Shown piece after piece: positions 12,474-25,601 of a stretch of DNA of 64,000 nt (position 1 is its first letter; every line of letters begins with the position of its first letter). The notes under the pieces were generated by a model. The model was given only the letters and a program-made list of their open reading frames with translations, made no database searches and was not told the origin of the DNA. The position numbers were made by a program, and so were the translations under genes. This stretch comes from Octopus vulgaris (lineage: Eukaryota): assembly GCA_951406725.2 (NCBI GenBank), contig OX597839.1:35154001-35218000 (forward strand), in the 5' to 3' direction.

Positions 12474-12783
12474 GGAGGCGCAATGACCCAGTGGTTAGGG
12501 CAGTGTACTCGCGGTCGTAGGATCATGGTTTCGATTCCCAGACCGGGCGTTGTGAGTGTTTATTGAGTGGAAATACCAAAATCTCCACGAGGCTCTGACA
12601 GGGGGTGGTGGCGATCCCTGCTGTACTCTTTCGCCACAACTGTCTCTCACTCTTTCCTCTGTTGACCTGCTTGTTTAGCCAGCGGGGTGGCGTCATTTGA
12701 AGGCTAAAACAATGCGAAGCGCATTGTGACCAGCAATGTGTAGCAACATCTGATAGCCTGGTCGGTCATGTTGATCACGGTGA
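12474..12783 (+). mobile_element. tRNA-derived SINE family E
   Basis: tRNA-like head GGAGGCGCAATGACCCAGTGGTTAGGGCAG...GGTTTCGATTCCC. Second copy at 43138-43513 (minus). Confidence 0.8.
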
Positions 12784-13295
12784 TATATATATATATCATC
12801 ATCATCGTTTAACGTCCATTTTCCGCGCTAGCACGAGTTGGACGGTTTCGACCTGGGTCTGGGGAGCCAGGGGCTGCCTCAGGCTCCAGTCTGGTCTGGC
12901 AGTGTTTCTACAGCTGGATGCCCTTCCTAACGCCAACCACTCCGCGAGTGTAGTGGGTGCTTTTTACGTGCCACCTGCACAGGTGCCAGAGGGGTCTGGC
13001 ATCGGCCACGGTCAGTTGGTGCTTTTTATGTGCCACCTGCACAGAAGCCAGTCGGGGCGGTGCTGGCATCGGCCACGTTCAGATGGTGCTTTTTATGTGG
13101 GGGGTGCAGAAATATAGGGGAGCACCAGTGGGGAGGGGTTTTCGGAGAAACGATGACAGGTTCTAGACAAGTAGAACGTAGGATATCATACCGGAGTAAA
13201 CACATAAATGTGAAACAAGGTGGAAAAAAGAGTACTCAAATACCAGTGGTAGAGTAATATGCTTTATTTAAAAGCAGCAGAAAATTCAACAAAAC

Positions 13296-13333
13296 CTGTT
13301 ACTCTGAGTTTCACGTTCCCGTTCGTCGGACAG
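13296..13333 (-). ncRNA. Minimal hammerhead ribozyme motif, CCGACGA core variant, in Penelope-like remnant (~13190-13335)
   Basis: Minus strand: CTGT CCGACGA ACG GGAA CGT GAAA CTC A GAG TA ACAG. Confidence 0.68.
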
Positions 13334-13413
13334 TTAAGCCAATTTTTAAAAACTTTTTTTTGAATTTTCATGCTGCATTTTGCCGTAGCTATTCAAAGTA
13401 AACACTATATATA

Positions 13414-13464
<51 letters not shown>

Positions 13465-15818
13465 CATACATGTGTGTGTGTATATATATACATACACACA
13501 CACACACACACACACATATACGAGGTCTGATGACTAAGTGTCCAAACTGTTGCTATAGTAGCGAAACTAAAGCACGCAGAGTGAATTCTCTTGTTACGGA
13601 TTGGCCTTGGACTCTGCTGTGCCTGCGATCGCGCTCCAGACACCTTTACTTCGAGGCTCTGCTTGTAAACAGCGAAAGTGAGCAAGGACGCTAAAACTTA
13701 GTGCACAAGCACCACAGAATCTTAAGTTGAATCTGTGCTTCCAAGTGGCTTCAGTCTGCGTGTTTTAGGTTGGTATTATAGAAGCAGCAGCAGTCTGGAT
13801 ACTTATTGATCAGACCATGCATGCACACACACACATACATACATATATATATACATACTAATAGATAGATATATATATATATATACTCTTTACTCTTTTA
13901 CTTGTTTCAGTCATTTGACTGCGGCCATGCTGGAGCACCGCCTTTAATCGAGCAACACGACCCCGGGACTTATTCTTTTGTAAGCCCAGTACTTATTCTA
14001 TCGGTCTCTTTTGCCGAACCGCTAAGTAACGGGGACATAAACACACCTGCGTCGGTTGTCAAGCAATGCTAGGGGGACAAACACAGACACATACAAACAC
14101 ACACACACGTATATATATACATATACATATATATGACAAGCCTCTTTCAGTTTCCGTCTACCAAATCCACTCACAAGGCTTTGGTCGGCCCGAGGCTATA
14201 GTAGAAGACACTTGCCCAAGGTTGGTAAACAAGCTACTTACCACACAGCCACATACATATTAATAAATATATATATATTTATACATACATACATATATAT
14301 ATATATACATATTGATAAATGTATATATATTTATATATACATGCATACATATATATACATACACACAGCTATATATATATATCTCAAGTGGGTTGGTAAC
14401 AAAAGGAATAAGGAGTTGTGTTGCCTTCTCAAGAACCGCAGTTTAACCATGTTTTGCTCCACGCAGGCTTCTACATATCCTGTTTCTCCTATAATAATAA
14501 TAATAATAATAACAATAACAACAACAATAATAATAATAGTTATCTAACTGAAAGTATATTTGTATACTTGGTACACTGCTTTTACTAATCCCTTATCAGT
14601 TGTCTATATATGTTTTCCTCTATATTTCCATTCGCATTGGTTTCCATGACAACATATTTTTTCGCTTGTGTACCCTTACAACAATATCTGGTCACCTATA
14701 GGCGGTGAGCTGGCAGAGACGTTAGCACGCAGGGCAAAATGCTTAGCATTATTTCGTCTGTGTTTACGTTCTGAGTTCAAATTCCGCCGAGGTCAGCTTT
14801 ACCTTTTATCCTTCCAGGGTCGATAAATTAAGTACCAGTTGCGTACTGGGGTTGATCTAATCAACTGACTCCCTTCCCCAAAATTTCGGGCCTTGTGCCC
14901 AGAGTAGAAATGATCATATTGGTTTCCATGACAGCATATTATTTGCTTGTGCACCCACACAACAATATCCAAGCACTTATAGGTGGCGAGCCGGCAGAGA
15001 CGTTAGTATGCTGGGCGAAATGCTTAGCGGTATTTCATCTGTGTTTACGTTTTGAGTTCAAATCCCTCTGAGGTCAACTTTGCCTTTTATCCTTCTGGGG
15101 TCAATAAATTAAGTACCAGTTGTATGCTGAGGCTGAGAGTCGATCTAATCAACTCCCCAAAAATTTCGTGCTTTGTGCCTAGAGTAGAAAAGAATATCTG
15201 GCCAATTATGTTTTAACTTTGTAGTTGTTTTAATTTCAATTCTTTTGGCACGTCAGTCTTAATTTATTCAACTTTGTGTGTTGTTTAATTCCGAATAACT
15301 GTGTTCGGTCAGGCCCCTGTTAATGCTATTGCCAACATGTCTCACAATTGAGCTGTCGTCCCGTCCCCTAAACAAGCAACCCAACCCTACCAAGCCTGCT
15401 TGGAAAGTAGAGTGGTTTTCTTTGGACATCCTACAGGACGACAAGCAAAACCTGTCAAAGGATGGATAAGCTCATCAGGATGAATGGCCATCCAACAGCT
15501 GAAACTGAGAGACCCCCCCCCACGCCTCTCATCTTTGTTTCGACATCTCGCTCAGGAAGGAAAACTCTAATATGACACGAACTACTTCATTTACATGTCC
15601 ACTTCTGTGTGAGGAAATGAAAAGGAAATTGCAAAACAAGACTTGCCTGTTTGGGGAACTGAAAACCTCTCATTAGTTTCTGGACTAATTAGCTTTGTAA
15701 GTGAGAGTTTTAGCAGTTTGGGGCAAGCTAATTACTAACTTTAAATTTCAGCATAGCCGTTGCCTTTAAAAAGCTGCCTAACCATACTTAACTCTTCCTT
15801 TTAACTCTTTTACTTTTT

Positions 15819-15864
<46 letters not shown>

Positions 15865-15865
<1 letters not shown>

Positions 15866-16244
15866 TAGCAGTATCGCCCAGCGTTGCTTGGGTTTAATTT
15901 CTTTTCGACCCTTTAGAATTGGAATTTTTGAAAAGTAAAAATTTTGCATTTTGTAGTGTGTTATTCTCTTTAAGTGAACATTTTTCTGGTTGAAATACAC
16001 CGAAAAATGGCAACACAGCAGTCAAAAAATCATAAAAAATAGGGATTTTCATAGTAAAAAGCACCTTTTTGATGTAAATAATTTTTGGTGTTAACATGGT
16101 CCGATTTGAATTTTATCTTCTACGGAAGGAAGAGCAAGCCTTCTTCTATCATACTCTCAATTTTGGGCAACTTGCGCTGCAGGGTCTCGGAGGAAATAGT
16201 GTTAGTTGAAGGCTACCAAATCTGCCATACACAGACAACTTCAG

Positions 16245-16289
<45 letters not shown>
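15865..16289 (-). mobile_element. Non-autonomous Helitron (left arm of foldback)
   Basis: CTAG and hairpin end. Inverted copy at 17427-17825; independent copy at 42213-42606. Confidence 0.8.
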
Positions 16290-16310
16290 TATATATATAT
16301 ATATATATAT

Positions 16311-16812
16311 AACTGGCACTCCTTTTGTTATATCAGTGAGTGTTCTGGTTGATCTGATCTATGAAACAGCCTGCTTGTGAAATTAGCATGCAAGTGGCTG
16401 ATTACTCCACAGACACACAAAGCCTAAATGGAGTTCTCGGGGAGATTCAGCGTGGCACAGAATGCGACAAGGCTGGCCCTTTGAAATAACTAGGAATAAG
16501 CTAATTTGTCAGTGATGGTGTACTCGTTGACAGTCGCCATTTTGTCTTGTATATGTACATGTGTGTGTCTGTGTTTATTTCACATTTCCCCAATGCTCCA
16601 GTTCCACCCAGCTGGCAAAAATGAGTTGCAGCCGTATTTCAAAAGGGCCAGCCTTGTCGCATTCTGTGCCACGCTGAATCTCCCGAGAACTCCATTTAGG
16701 CTTTGTGTGTCTGTGGAGTAATCAGCCACTTGCATGTTAATTTCACAAGCAGGCTGTTTCATGGATCACATCAACCAGAACACTCACTGTCATAACAAAA
16801 GGAGTGCCAGTT
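16311..16812. repeat. Inverted pair of SINE-E 3' tails (centre of foldback)
   Basis: 16311-16488 is a near-perfect reverse complement of 16635-16812. Confidence 0.9.
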
Positions 16813-16820
16813 ATATATAT

Positions 16821-16867
<47 letters not shown>

Positions 16868-17426
16868 AATGTTTGTTGTGCAAGATTTTTTATGTGAAGT
16901 CGTGTGTTGAAACAGATATTGTTGTATTTAGGAATGGTCATTTTGCCAGTTTAGCATATATATATATAGGTGAGAAAACTATGTCATTGTATGAAAAAAA
17001 TTTATAACATTCTTCAAACATAATGACTCAAATATAAATTTTTTAACCTTTTAAAACAAGCCTTCTGTAGTTTTTTCACTTTTTACTATTTTCTATATAT
17101 ATATATATATATATATATATCTTTATATATAAAAGTAAGGTTGTGTGTCTGTCTCCTATGATTTAGATTCGTAACTACTCCCACATTTTGCGGTGCAGTT
17201 TAACCAAAACCGGATATCTTATAGTCGTGATTCATATCAAGCCCTTCTGGGTATTAGCGCATGTCTACGATGAGTCTACGATTTAAAAAAAAATTTACCA
17301 TCATTTTTTCCCGTTTTAATGCATTTTTCGCTATTTTTTTGGCTATAACTCTCTAAAAATGCTTATATAGTTATTTCCCTTACAAACCCAAGCAACGCCG
17401 GGCAATACTGCTAGTATATATATATA

Positions 17427-17825
17427 TCTTTATATATAAAGCTGTAGTTGTCTGTGTGTATGGCAGGTTTGGTAGCCTTCAACTAACACTATCTCCTCCA
17501 AGACCCTGTGGCGCAAGTTGACCAAAATTGAGAGTATGATAGAAGAAGGCTTGCTCTTCCTTCCGTAGAAGAAAAAAATTCAAATCGGACCATGTTAACA
17601 CCAAAAATTATTTACATCAAAAAGGTGCTTTTTTTCTATGAAAATCCCTATTTTTTATGATTTTTTGACTGCTGTGTTGCCATTTTTCGGTGTATTTCAA
17701 CCAGAAAAATGTTCACTTAAAGAGAATAACAAGCTACATAATGCAAAATTTTTACTTTTCAAAAATTCCAATTCTAAAGGGTCGAAAAGAAATTAAACCC
17801 AAGCAACGCTGGGCGATGCTGCTAG
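17427..17825 (+). mobile_element. Non-autonomous Helitron (right arm of foldback)
   Basis: Reverse complement of 15865-16289, with shared private variants. Confidence 0.8.
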
Positions 17826-18084
17826 TATATATATATAAAGTTAATCCAAACGTGAAAACACAAAGAGAAAACACAACAACGCGAGGACGTGGAACAAATA
17901 TAGTATTATTGGACGCTCAGGAAAGGAGGGTTTAACGTTTTGGGCGGAGCTCTTCGTCGGAAACATAGGAGAAGGGAAGACAGAGAGGAAAAAAATTGCC
18001 AATGGTACACACGCGGTTATATATATATAAAGTAAAAAGTAAAAGAGTCAAAAGGAAGAGTAAGTATGGTTAGGCAGCTTTTTA

Positions 18085-18206
18085 ATCGCTACAAATGTTT
18101 CGATACATACAGATCCTCGTATATACGGGATTTAAAGTTGAGTTTAAATTCAATTATCTAACGATTTACCTGTGTAAGAAGCTCTATATGTGTCTCCTCA
18201 GGCGAT
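18085..18206 (-). ncRNA. Type-I hammerhead ribozyme motif with canonical CUGAGGA core and enlarged stem II
   Basis: Minus strand: ATCGC CTGAGGA GACACATATA [~70 nt with internal hairpins] TGTATGTATC GAAA CA TT TG TA GCGAT. Confidence 0.75.
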
Positions 18207-18417
18207 ACTCAGTTACTGTCTCCGTAAGTCAATCTAGATTCCCATGCTACAACATCCATGGCTTCTTCTTTGAAACTTTTTGACTCTTTTACTTTTTATT
18301 TTCACTCACGAGGAATACCGAAGACTAGAATTGGTAGCATACCATAAGAATACTACCGGCTATTTGGGAATTCTAAGAGTGAACGTGCTCTATTTGTACT
18401 ACTGAACACACCTCAAC

Positions 18418-18463
<46 letters not shown>

Positions 18464-18623
18464 CACAGGAGTGGCTGTGTGGTAAGTAGCTTGCTTACTA
18501 ACCACATGGTTCCGGGTTCAGTCCCACTGCATGGCACCTTGGGCAAGAGTCTTCTACTATAGCCTCAGGCCGGCAAAAGCCTTGTGAATGAATTCGGTAG
18601 ATGGAAACTGAAAGAAGCCCGTC

Positions 18624-18672
<49 letters not shown>

Positions 18673-18868
18673 TGTTTGTCCCCCCCAACATCGCTTGACA
18701 ACCGATGCTGGTGTGTTTTCGTCACTTAGCGGTTTGGCAAAAGAAACCAATAGAATAAGTACTAGGCTTACAAAGAATAAGTCCTGGGGTCGAATTTGCT
18801 CAACTAAAGGTGGTGCTCCAGCATGGTCACAGTCAAATGACTGAAAGAAATAAAAGAATAAAAGGAAA

Positions 18869-18929
<61 letters not shown>

Positions 18930-21381
18930 CATACATATATATACACTGTCAAAATTGAGGATGCAATTTCCTCGTTAAAGAATTTTAAGATCCAGATATC
19001 AACTGGTGTTATTGATTTATATATTGTGAGGAAGTTCCTCAATATAAAGGGATTAAACTGTCCAATATTGAGTTAAATAAATATATGAAAATGGAGAAGA
19101 AATATAGCGGATACTTATTTAATTTTATTTATATCACGATGGAAACATATCAAATAATGTAATACAAATAAAATTTAAAGGAACATAATTAAATAAGTAT
19201 CCACTATATTTCTTCTCTATTTTTTTTATATCTATGTTTAATATAATAAATGTGTGTGTCAGTGTGTCACACTTTTCCAACTTTACTCCTAGAGGCCGTA
19301 GCCCAATATATCATACCATTTTGGAATCAGGCTGGCTCCATGAGTAAATTAAAAACATTACCGCGATTGTTTTTGGCGATTTTTTTTTCTTTCTTTTTTT
19401 TTTACATGATTTTTTTTTTGCAACAAATTTTCTTGTTCGATAACAAATTTTATAACTTGGAAATGAATTTTAGGGATAATCAAAATTAATTGTGAAATCC
19501 AGCGATTATTTTCGGTGATTTTTTTTGCGACGAATTTGATCATCATTGGGATATGACTCTGGAGGAAGCAATTATAACAAATTCTCCAAAACAAATCAGA
19601 GATCTGTTTGCAGATCTTCCCATTCGGGGTCAGTAGCTTAAAAGCTAGTAACACTATATATATATATTTCGTTTTGGGATTTGGTTTGCAAGATTCTTTA
19701 TGTGAGTTTGTGTGTTAAAGCATATTTTGTTGTGTCTGGGGGGAGTCATTTTCTTTTTGTGCCTTATAATTTAACACACTCACTGGTAAAGTTACCACTC
19801 ATATACAACATATTTCGAAGCTGTTCACAGGGACTCGGCTTTGTCACACAACATGAAAATTAACATACTGATAGCCGGTGGCACGTAAAACACCATTCGA
19901 GCGTGATCGTTACCAGCATCACCTTACTGGCACCTGTGCCGGTGGAATGTGTAAAAGATTCAAGCGAGGCCGTTGCCAGTACTGCCTGACTGGCCCCGTG
20001 CCGGTGGCACGTAAAAGCACTCACTACACTCTCGGAGTGGTTGGCGTTAGAAAGGGCATCCAGCTGTAGAAACTCTGCCAGATCAAGATTGAAGCCTGGT
20101 GCAGCCATGTGGTTCACCAGCCCTCAATCATTCATCCAACCCATGCTAGGATGGAAAGCGGATGTTAAATGATGATGATGATGATAGCAGACTTAGGATA
20201 ATGAACAACGTGTCCCCCACTCTGAAAACCCTGTGAAATAAAGAAACATGTACTGAACTCCATAATTTTTTAATGTCCATCTTCCATGCCAGCATGGGCT
20301 GGATAGTTTGGCAGGATCCAATGGGTTTAAGGACTGCATTGTGCTCCAGTGTTTGCTTTAGCAGGCTTTCTGTAGCTCAATGCCCTTCCTAATACCAATT
20401 CATGGCCCCAGCAATAACAAGGTCACCATGCAGCTTACAAAACTAAGATCTCCTTTGACTTGGTGGGGGTCACAGTAGAGCAGGAGACAGCTTTATGCGA
20501 GATGTGAGGTTAACATATGAAAGAGGGTGAGGATTCTTGCTGTGAGGATAGAAGCAGAGGGAATGAGGTAGGTAGAAGTTACAAGTGTGCGAGGAAAGTG
20601 AGGGATGGTTAAGAGATTGGAAATAGATGAGGAGATACATGGTCACACACACACACACACGCATAATGGAGGGAGGTAAGGGAAGAGATCGGGTGGTGTT
20701 GGAGGTTGGATGTAGTGAGTAGGGAACAAGGGTGAGGGTAATTGATGATGCATGCTTTGAGGAGAAGGGGGGAAAGTAGGTGATGACTGACAATACAGAA
20801 AGGAGTGAAAAGTATCCCCGGAAAGTAATAGAGTAGACATGGGGAGGTTGAGAGCAGGGGAGAGGGCCAACATAATGTGGTGGAGGGGTGAATGGTGGTT
20901 TACAAGGAGAGACAATTTGGCAACACAAAAAGAGTGATCAGTGTGAAATGTGAGTGGAGTGAAGAGAGAAAGGGAGAAAGAAAATTGGGGTCACCATACA
21001 GCGACAGAATATTGCAGCTAGGAAGGAAATGTTGGGGGGGGGGAGTGATAATGAAATAATTGATGATAAGGGAAGCCTGAACAAGAACTTGGTTGAAGGG
21101 TGTAGGTGTGTGTGTGCGTTCATGTATCTATATGTGTTATCATCATCGTTTAACGTCCACGTTCCATGCTAGCATGGGTTGGGCGATTTGACAGAGGATT
21201 GGCGAACCAGATGGCTGCACCAGGCTCCAGTCTTGATCTGGCAGGGTTTCTACAGCTGGATGCCCTTCCTAACGCCAACCACTCCGAGAGTGTAGTGGAT
21301 GCTTTTACATGCCACCGGCACGAGGGCCAGTCAGGTGATACTGGCAACAACCTCGCTTGAATGTGTGTATATATTTGTATA

Positions 21382-21453
<72 letters not shown>

Positions 21454-22174
21454 TGTGTATGTATATATTTATATATACACGCATGTGTGTGTGTATGTAT
21501 ATGTGTGTATATATGTGCGTATATATGTGTGTGTGTGTGTGTGTATATGTGCGTATATATGTGTGTGTGTGTGTGTATATACATACAGATGTGTGTCTGT
21601 ATGTGTGTGTACACACACATTGTGTTTCTAGAGTCTCAGTTTTGCCAGGCTGGAGAGTTCTTGAGTTCTACATACATACATATATATATATATATGTATG
21701 TATGTACCATGTTTTTGATAAGCAAGCTACATATGACACAGCCACTCCTGCGCCTATATATATATATATATATATACACATACACACATGCATATATATA
21801 TATATATGTATTTGGCGTTAGGAAGGGCATCAAGCTGTAGAAACTCTGCCAGATCAAGATTGGCGTCTGGTTCGCCAGACATCAGTCAAATCATCCAACC
21901 CATGCATGGAAATCGCACGTTAAATGATGATAATGATATATACATATATATACAAATACATATATATGTATATATATATATACGCATGTATTTACATTTG
22001 TATTTAGTCAGCAAGATTCCTGATGTGAGGTCATGTGTTGAAAGAAATACTATTGAACCTTTGGGAGGGGCATTATGCTAGCAATAATAAACACACGCAT
22101 GAACACTGGTTCACTCCTTTATTGTTATTGTTCAGTATTGTTAGTGTTGTTATTTCTTCTTTCTTTTTTTTTTC

Positions 22175-22216
22175 TCAAATAATTATTTCATCACATTGTT
22201 GCAATCTTTTCAGTGA
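22175..22216 (-). ncRNA. Decayed hammerhead motif in old Penelope-like remnant
   Basis: Minus strand: TCA CTGAAAA G ATTGC AACAAT GTGAT GAAA TAATTA TT TGA. Position 8 is mismatched. Confidence 0.45.
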
Positions 22217-23270
22217 TTGTACCTGCACATGAAGCTGGCATGTGGAAACAATTACTAATTCTTGGGGTTTACATTCCAGAAGAGGGTCAGCAGTAGGCGT
22301 GGGATTTTTTATCATAAAAAGTAGGCCCAAAGGCAAAAAAAGATTGGAGCTTTTCTCTTCAAGGCTAGCTTTTTGTGCCGATTTCCCGAATGCATATTAA
22401 CCTATGAACCTGCTACACACACTGTCTTGTCTTTGTGATAGACATTTCCACAACTGTCAGCTCAGTTTGGATAAGGATTTAGCTGGCCAAATGAATCTAA
22501 TGTGAATATTTTCTTCTGTTTTGGCAAGCTTCTGTACAGTTTTTGTAATCAACTGATTGGGAAGGCTACAGAATTATTCTTTTAATTGTGTTGAATGGAT
22601 AATGGATAAACTTTATAATTCATGACCAACTTAAATATTACTCGTGCAGTGAAATAAAACTTACTATTAAATACAGGGCTGTGAAGTTGGCGGAATTTGA
22701 ACTCAGGACGTAACGACAGACGAAATACGGCTACGCATTTCGCCCGGCGTGCTTACGTTTCTTATTTCTTTGCTACCCACAAGGGGCTAAACACAGAGGG
22801 GACAAACAAGGACAGACAAACGGACTAAGTCGATTATATCAACTCCAGTGCGTAACTGGTACTTAATTTATCGACCCCGAAAGGATGAAAGGCAAAGTTG
22901 GCCTCGGCGGAATTTGAACTCTGAACGTAACGACCAACAAAATACGGTTACGCATTTCGCCCGGCATCCCAACGTTTCTGCCAGCTCACCGCCTTCTTCA
23001 CATGTATATAACTAATCAATGACAATAAGTTACTTTGGTCTGTGACCAGGTTATCCCTGAAGTAGCTAGGGGTAGATGAATGGCTTGTGACAGCCATACA
23101 AGCTTTGTACAAGGATGCTGTCAGTAAGGTGAGAGTTAGTAAGAGTTTAGTAAGGAGTACAGTGTGCAGGTAGGAGTACATCATTGTTTGGGTCTCAGTC
23201 CTCTTCTATTCATCCGAATCTTCTAGGCCATAACAGAAATGTTGAAAACCAGATGCCTAATAGATACACC

Positions 23271-23900
23271 TTAACCCTTTCGATACCAACCTGGCTGAAA
23301 CTACCTCTCGCTCTGTAGTACAAATGTTTTGTCTCCCTAAGTTTTGAATTAAAATCTTCCACCAAATCTTAGTCACAATGTTCTTAACACTAGCTTAATG
23401 ATAATTTATTTCACTAAATTCTTTATTAGATTTAAAATTAATTGAAAGAAATACAGAGCATCTCAACAGAAATAGGGTAACAAAAGGGTTAAAAGATACA
23501 ATAGAGAAACAATTCTTAATCCTTTCGTTACCAACCTGGCTGAAACCAGCTCTGGCTCTCAAGTTTACAAAAGTTTTGAATTAAAATCTTCCACCAAACC
23601 TTAATCACAATTTATGTTCCTAACACTAGCTGAATGATAACTAAGTTGTTTTGCTAAATTCTTTGTTATATTTAAAATCAATTGAAAGAAACACAGAGCA
23701 TCTCAACAGAAATATGGTAACAAATGTCTTGTTTTCCTAAGTTTTGAATTAAAAATCTCCCACCAAACCTTAGTCACAATTTATGTTCCTAACACTAGCT
23801 TATTGATAACTAAGTTATTTTACTAAATTCTTTGTTACATTTACAATCAATTGAAAGAAATACAGAGCATCTCAACAGAAATATAGTAACAAGTGGGTAA
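23271..23900. mobile_element. Tandem piggyBac-like MITEs (TTAA TSD)
   Basis: TTAA|CCCTTTCG(A/T)TAC ... GTAAC(A/G)AAAGGG|TTAA. Related copies at 33306-33713. Confidence 0.75.
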
Positions 23901-25274
23901 AAGATATGAAGGCAGTAAAAAAAATTACTATTAAAATGCTTAAAATATCTGGTTGAGTTTTAGCCCTGACACTCTTCATGTGTGAGAAGGAAGAGTGAGT
24001 GAGAGTGAGAGAGAGAGAATGTGGTAGTTAGTATGACTTATGTAGACCTATTTCTAATGTGTAAACGGGAGTGATTCCTATTTGAAACAAACATGTAATT
24101 TGCATGTAGAATGAATAAATGGACAAACGATTCCGTAAATGACTGGGCTACACTTAGTGCAAGTAGTTCTCTGTGGCTAACGAACCATTCAGTGTGATTA
24201 AAACTGGAAATGTCACAGAAGACATTCATAGAGGATGTTTAATCAAGTATGGCTTATCTACCACGTGAGGGTGGGTGTGGTGACGAAACATAACCACAAA
24301 CCTACTTTCCTATAAGTATACCATGTGGCTGCACGACTGAGGTAAGCCTTGTCTTGTAACCAACACTTGCTTGCCGTCGAGTGAGAGAGAGAGAGGTGTG
24401 TGATTAACCAACACAGAGACAAAAGTTGCTCGAAGTTTTCGAAGACGGTGATTCTTCCGTCCGTCTTTTTATTTTTTAAATTTTATTTATTATTATTATA
24501 TTTTTTTTTTTTTTTTTGCAAAACGTTGAGTTGCGCTGAATTTGAGGATTACAAGGGTCTGTTTTTTTAATAGGGAGCTAAAACCAACGTTGATCGAACG
24601 GGACAATCAAACTTATAGGGATGCATTTTTCAGGCTCGTTCCATAAACACAGGTACGTGTTCCCTCTGTTTTGATTCTCAGGTACCACTTAAGAAGAGTG
24701 GTCCCGGTGCGCGCACTCGCGTACCTGCGCATCCGCTCTAGCCAGTCGTGACTAGTCGATCCTTACTTTGTGTTTTTTTGTGTTTTATTTACTTTGTTTT
24801 TAAAAAAATTCGGATCTTTTCCTTTTGAACGGCAGATGTCAACATAATTTCTAGTTAACTAAACACTTTTAAACTTCGTATACTGGTAGAATGTGTTTAT
24901 AAAACATCATTTTTTTCTTGGCTTTATTGAGAAAATTCTATAGTTTGTAAGATATTTTATCTGAAATTTCGAGCATTTCGGCAATTTTAACCAATCGCTG
25001 GAGTCCATTTAGGTAAACAACATTCCGTGCTGTACGAATATGTCCCTCCTTTAAGAAACAACAAAATTTTATCAGGAACCCTTAAAATACTATTGTGCAT
25101 CTCCAGTTTACTATTTTGTTTTGTAGACCCCCCAAAAATCTTATATGGACCCCCACTTATGAACCACTGGTTCACCCAACTAAATCCACAAGAGAGTGCC
25201 CCAGCAAGGCTGTAGTCCAAAGACCGAAACAAGTAAAAGATTAAAGATTATTATTATCATCATCATCATCATCA

Positions 25275-25561
25275 TATGTTTGACTTTTGCTTTATTATTT
25301 GTACAAGTTGGCTCCAAGTCTCACCCGGAGACCTCAAGAGACAACAGGTTGGAAGTTCACGTTGTTGTTATGCCTAGTGTGCCATATATTTGGTTGTTTT
25401 TTGTGTTGGGCTGGTGGATGTCTAAAAAAAAAAATTTAAAAAAATGTTTGTTTTAAACCTTGAGATTACATAGAAAGTATTTTGCGTAGGATATGAGCAG
25501 TTCCCATGAGCACTATCTTTTGAATTTCTGCCATTTTGGGGTTTCCTGGTATCTGAGTTAG

Positions 25562-25564
<3 letters not shown>
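25275..25564 (-). mobile_element. 5'-truncated R4/Dong-clade non-LTR retrotransposon (ORF C-terminus plus 3' UTR)
   Basis: Minus 25564-25466 encodes YLTQIPGNPKMAEIQKIVLMGTAHILRKILSM*. Flanked by (TAA)n and (GAT)n. Confidence 0.8.

Positions 25565-25601
<37 letters not shown>

Noticed and set aside
12474-12550. tRNA gene
   Set aside because: The tRNA-like sequence is a SINE head that continues into a multi-copy body; no complete cloverleaf or terminator.
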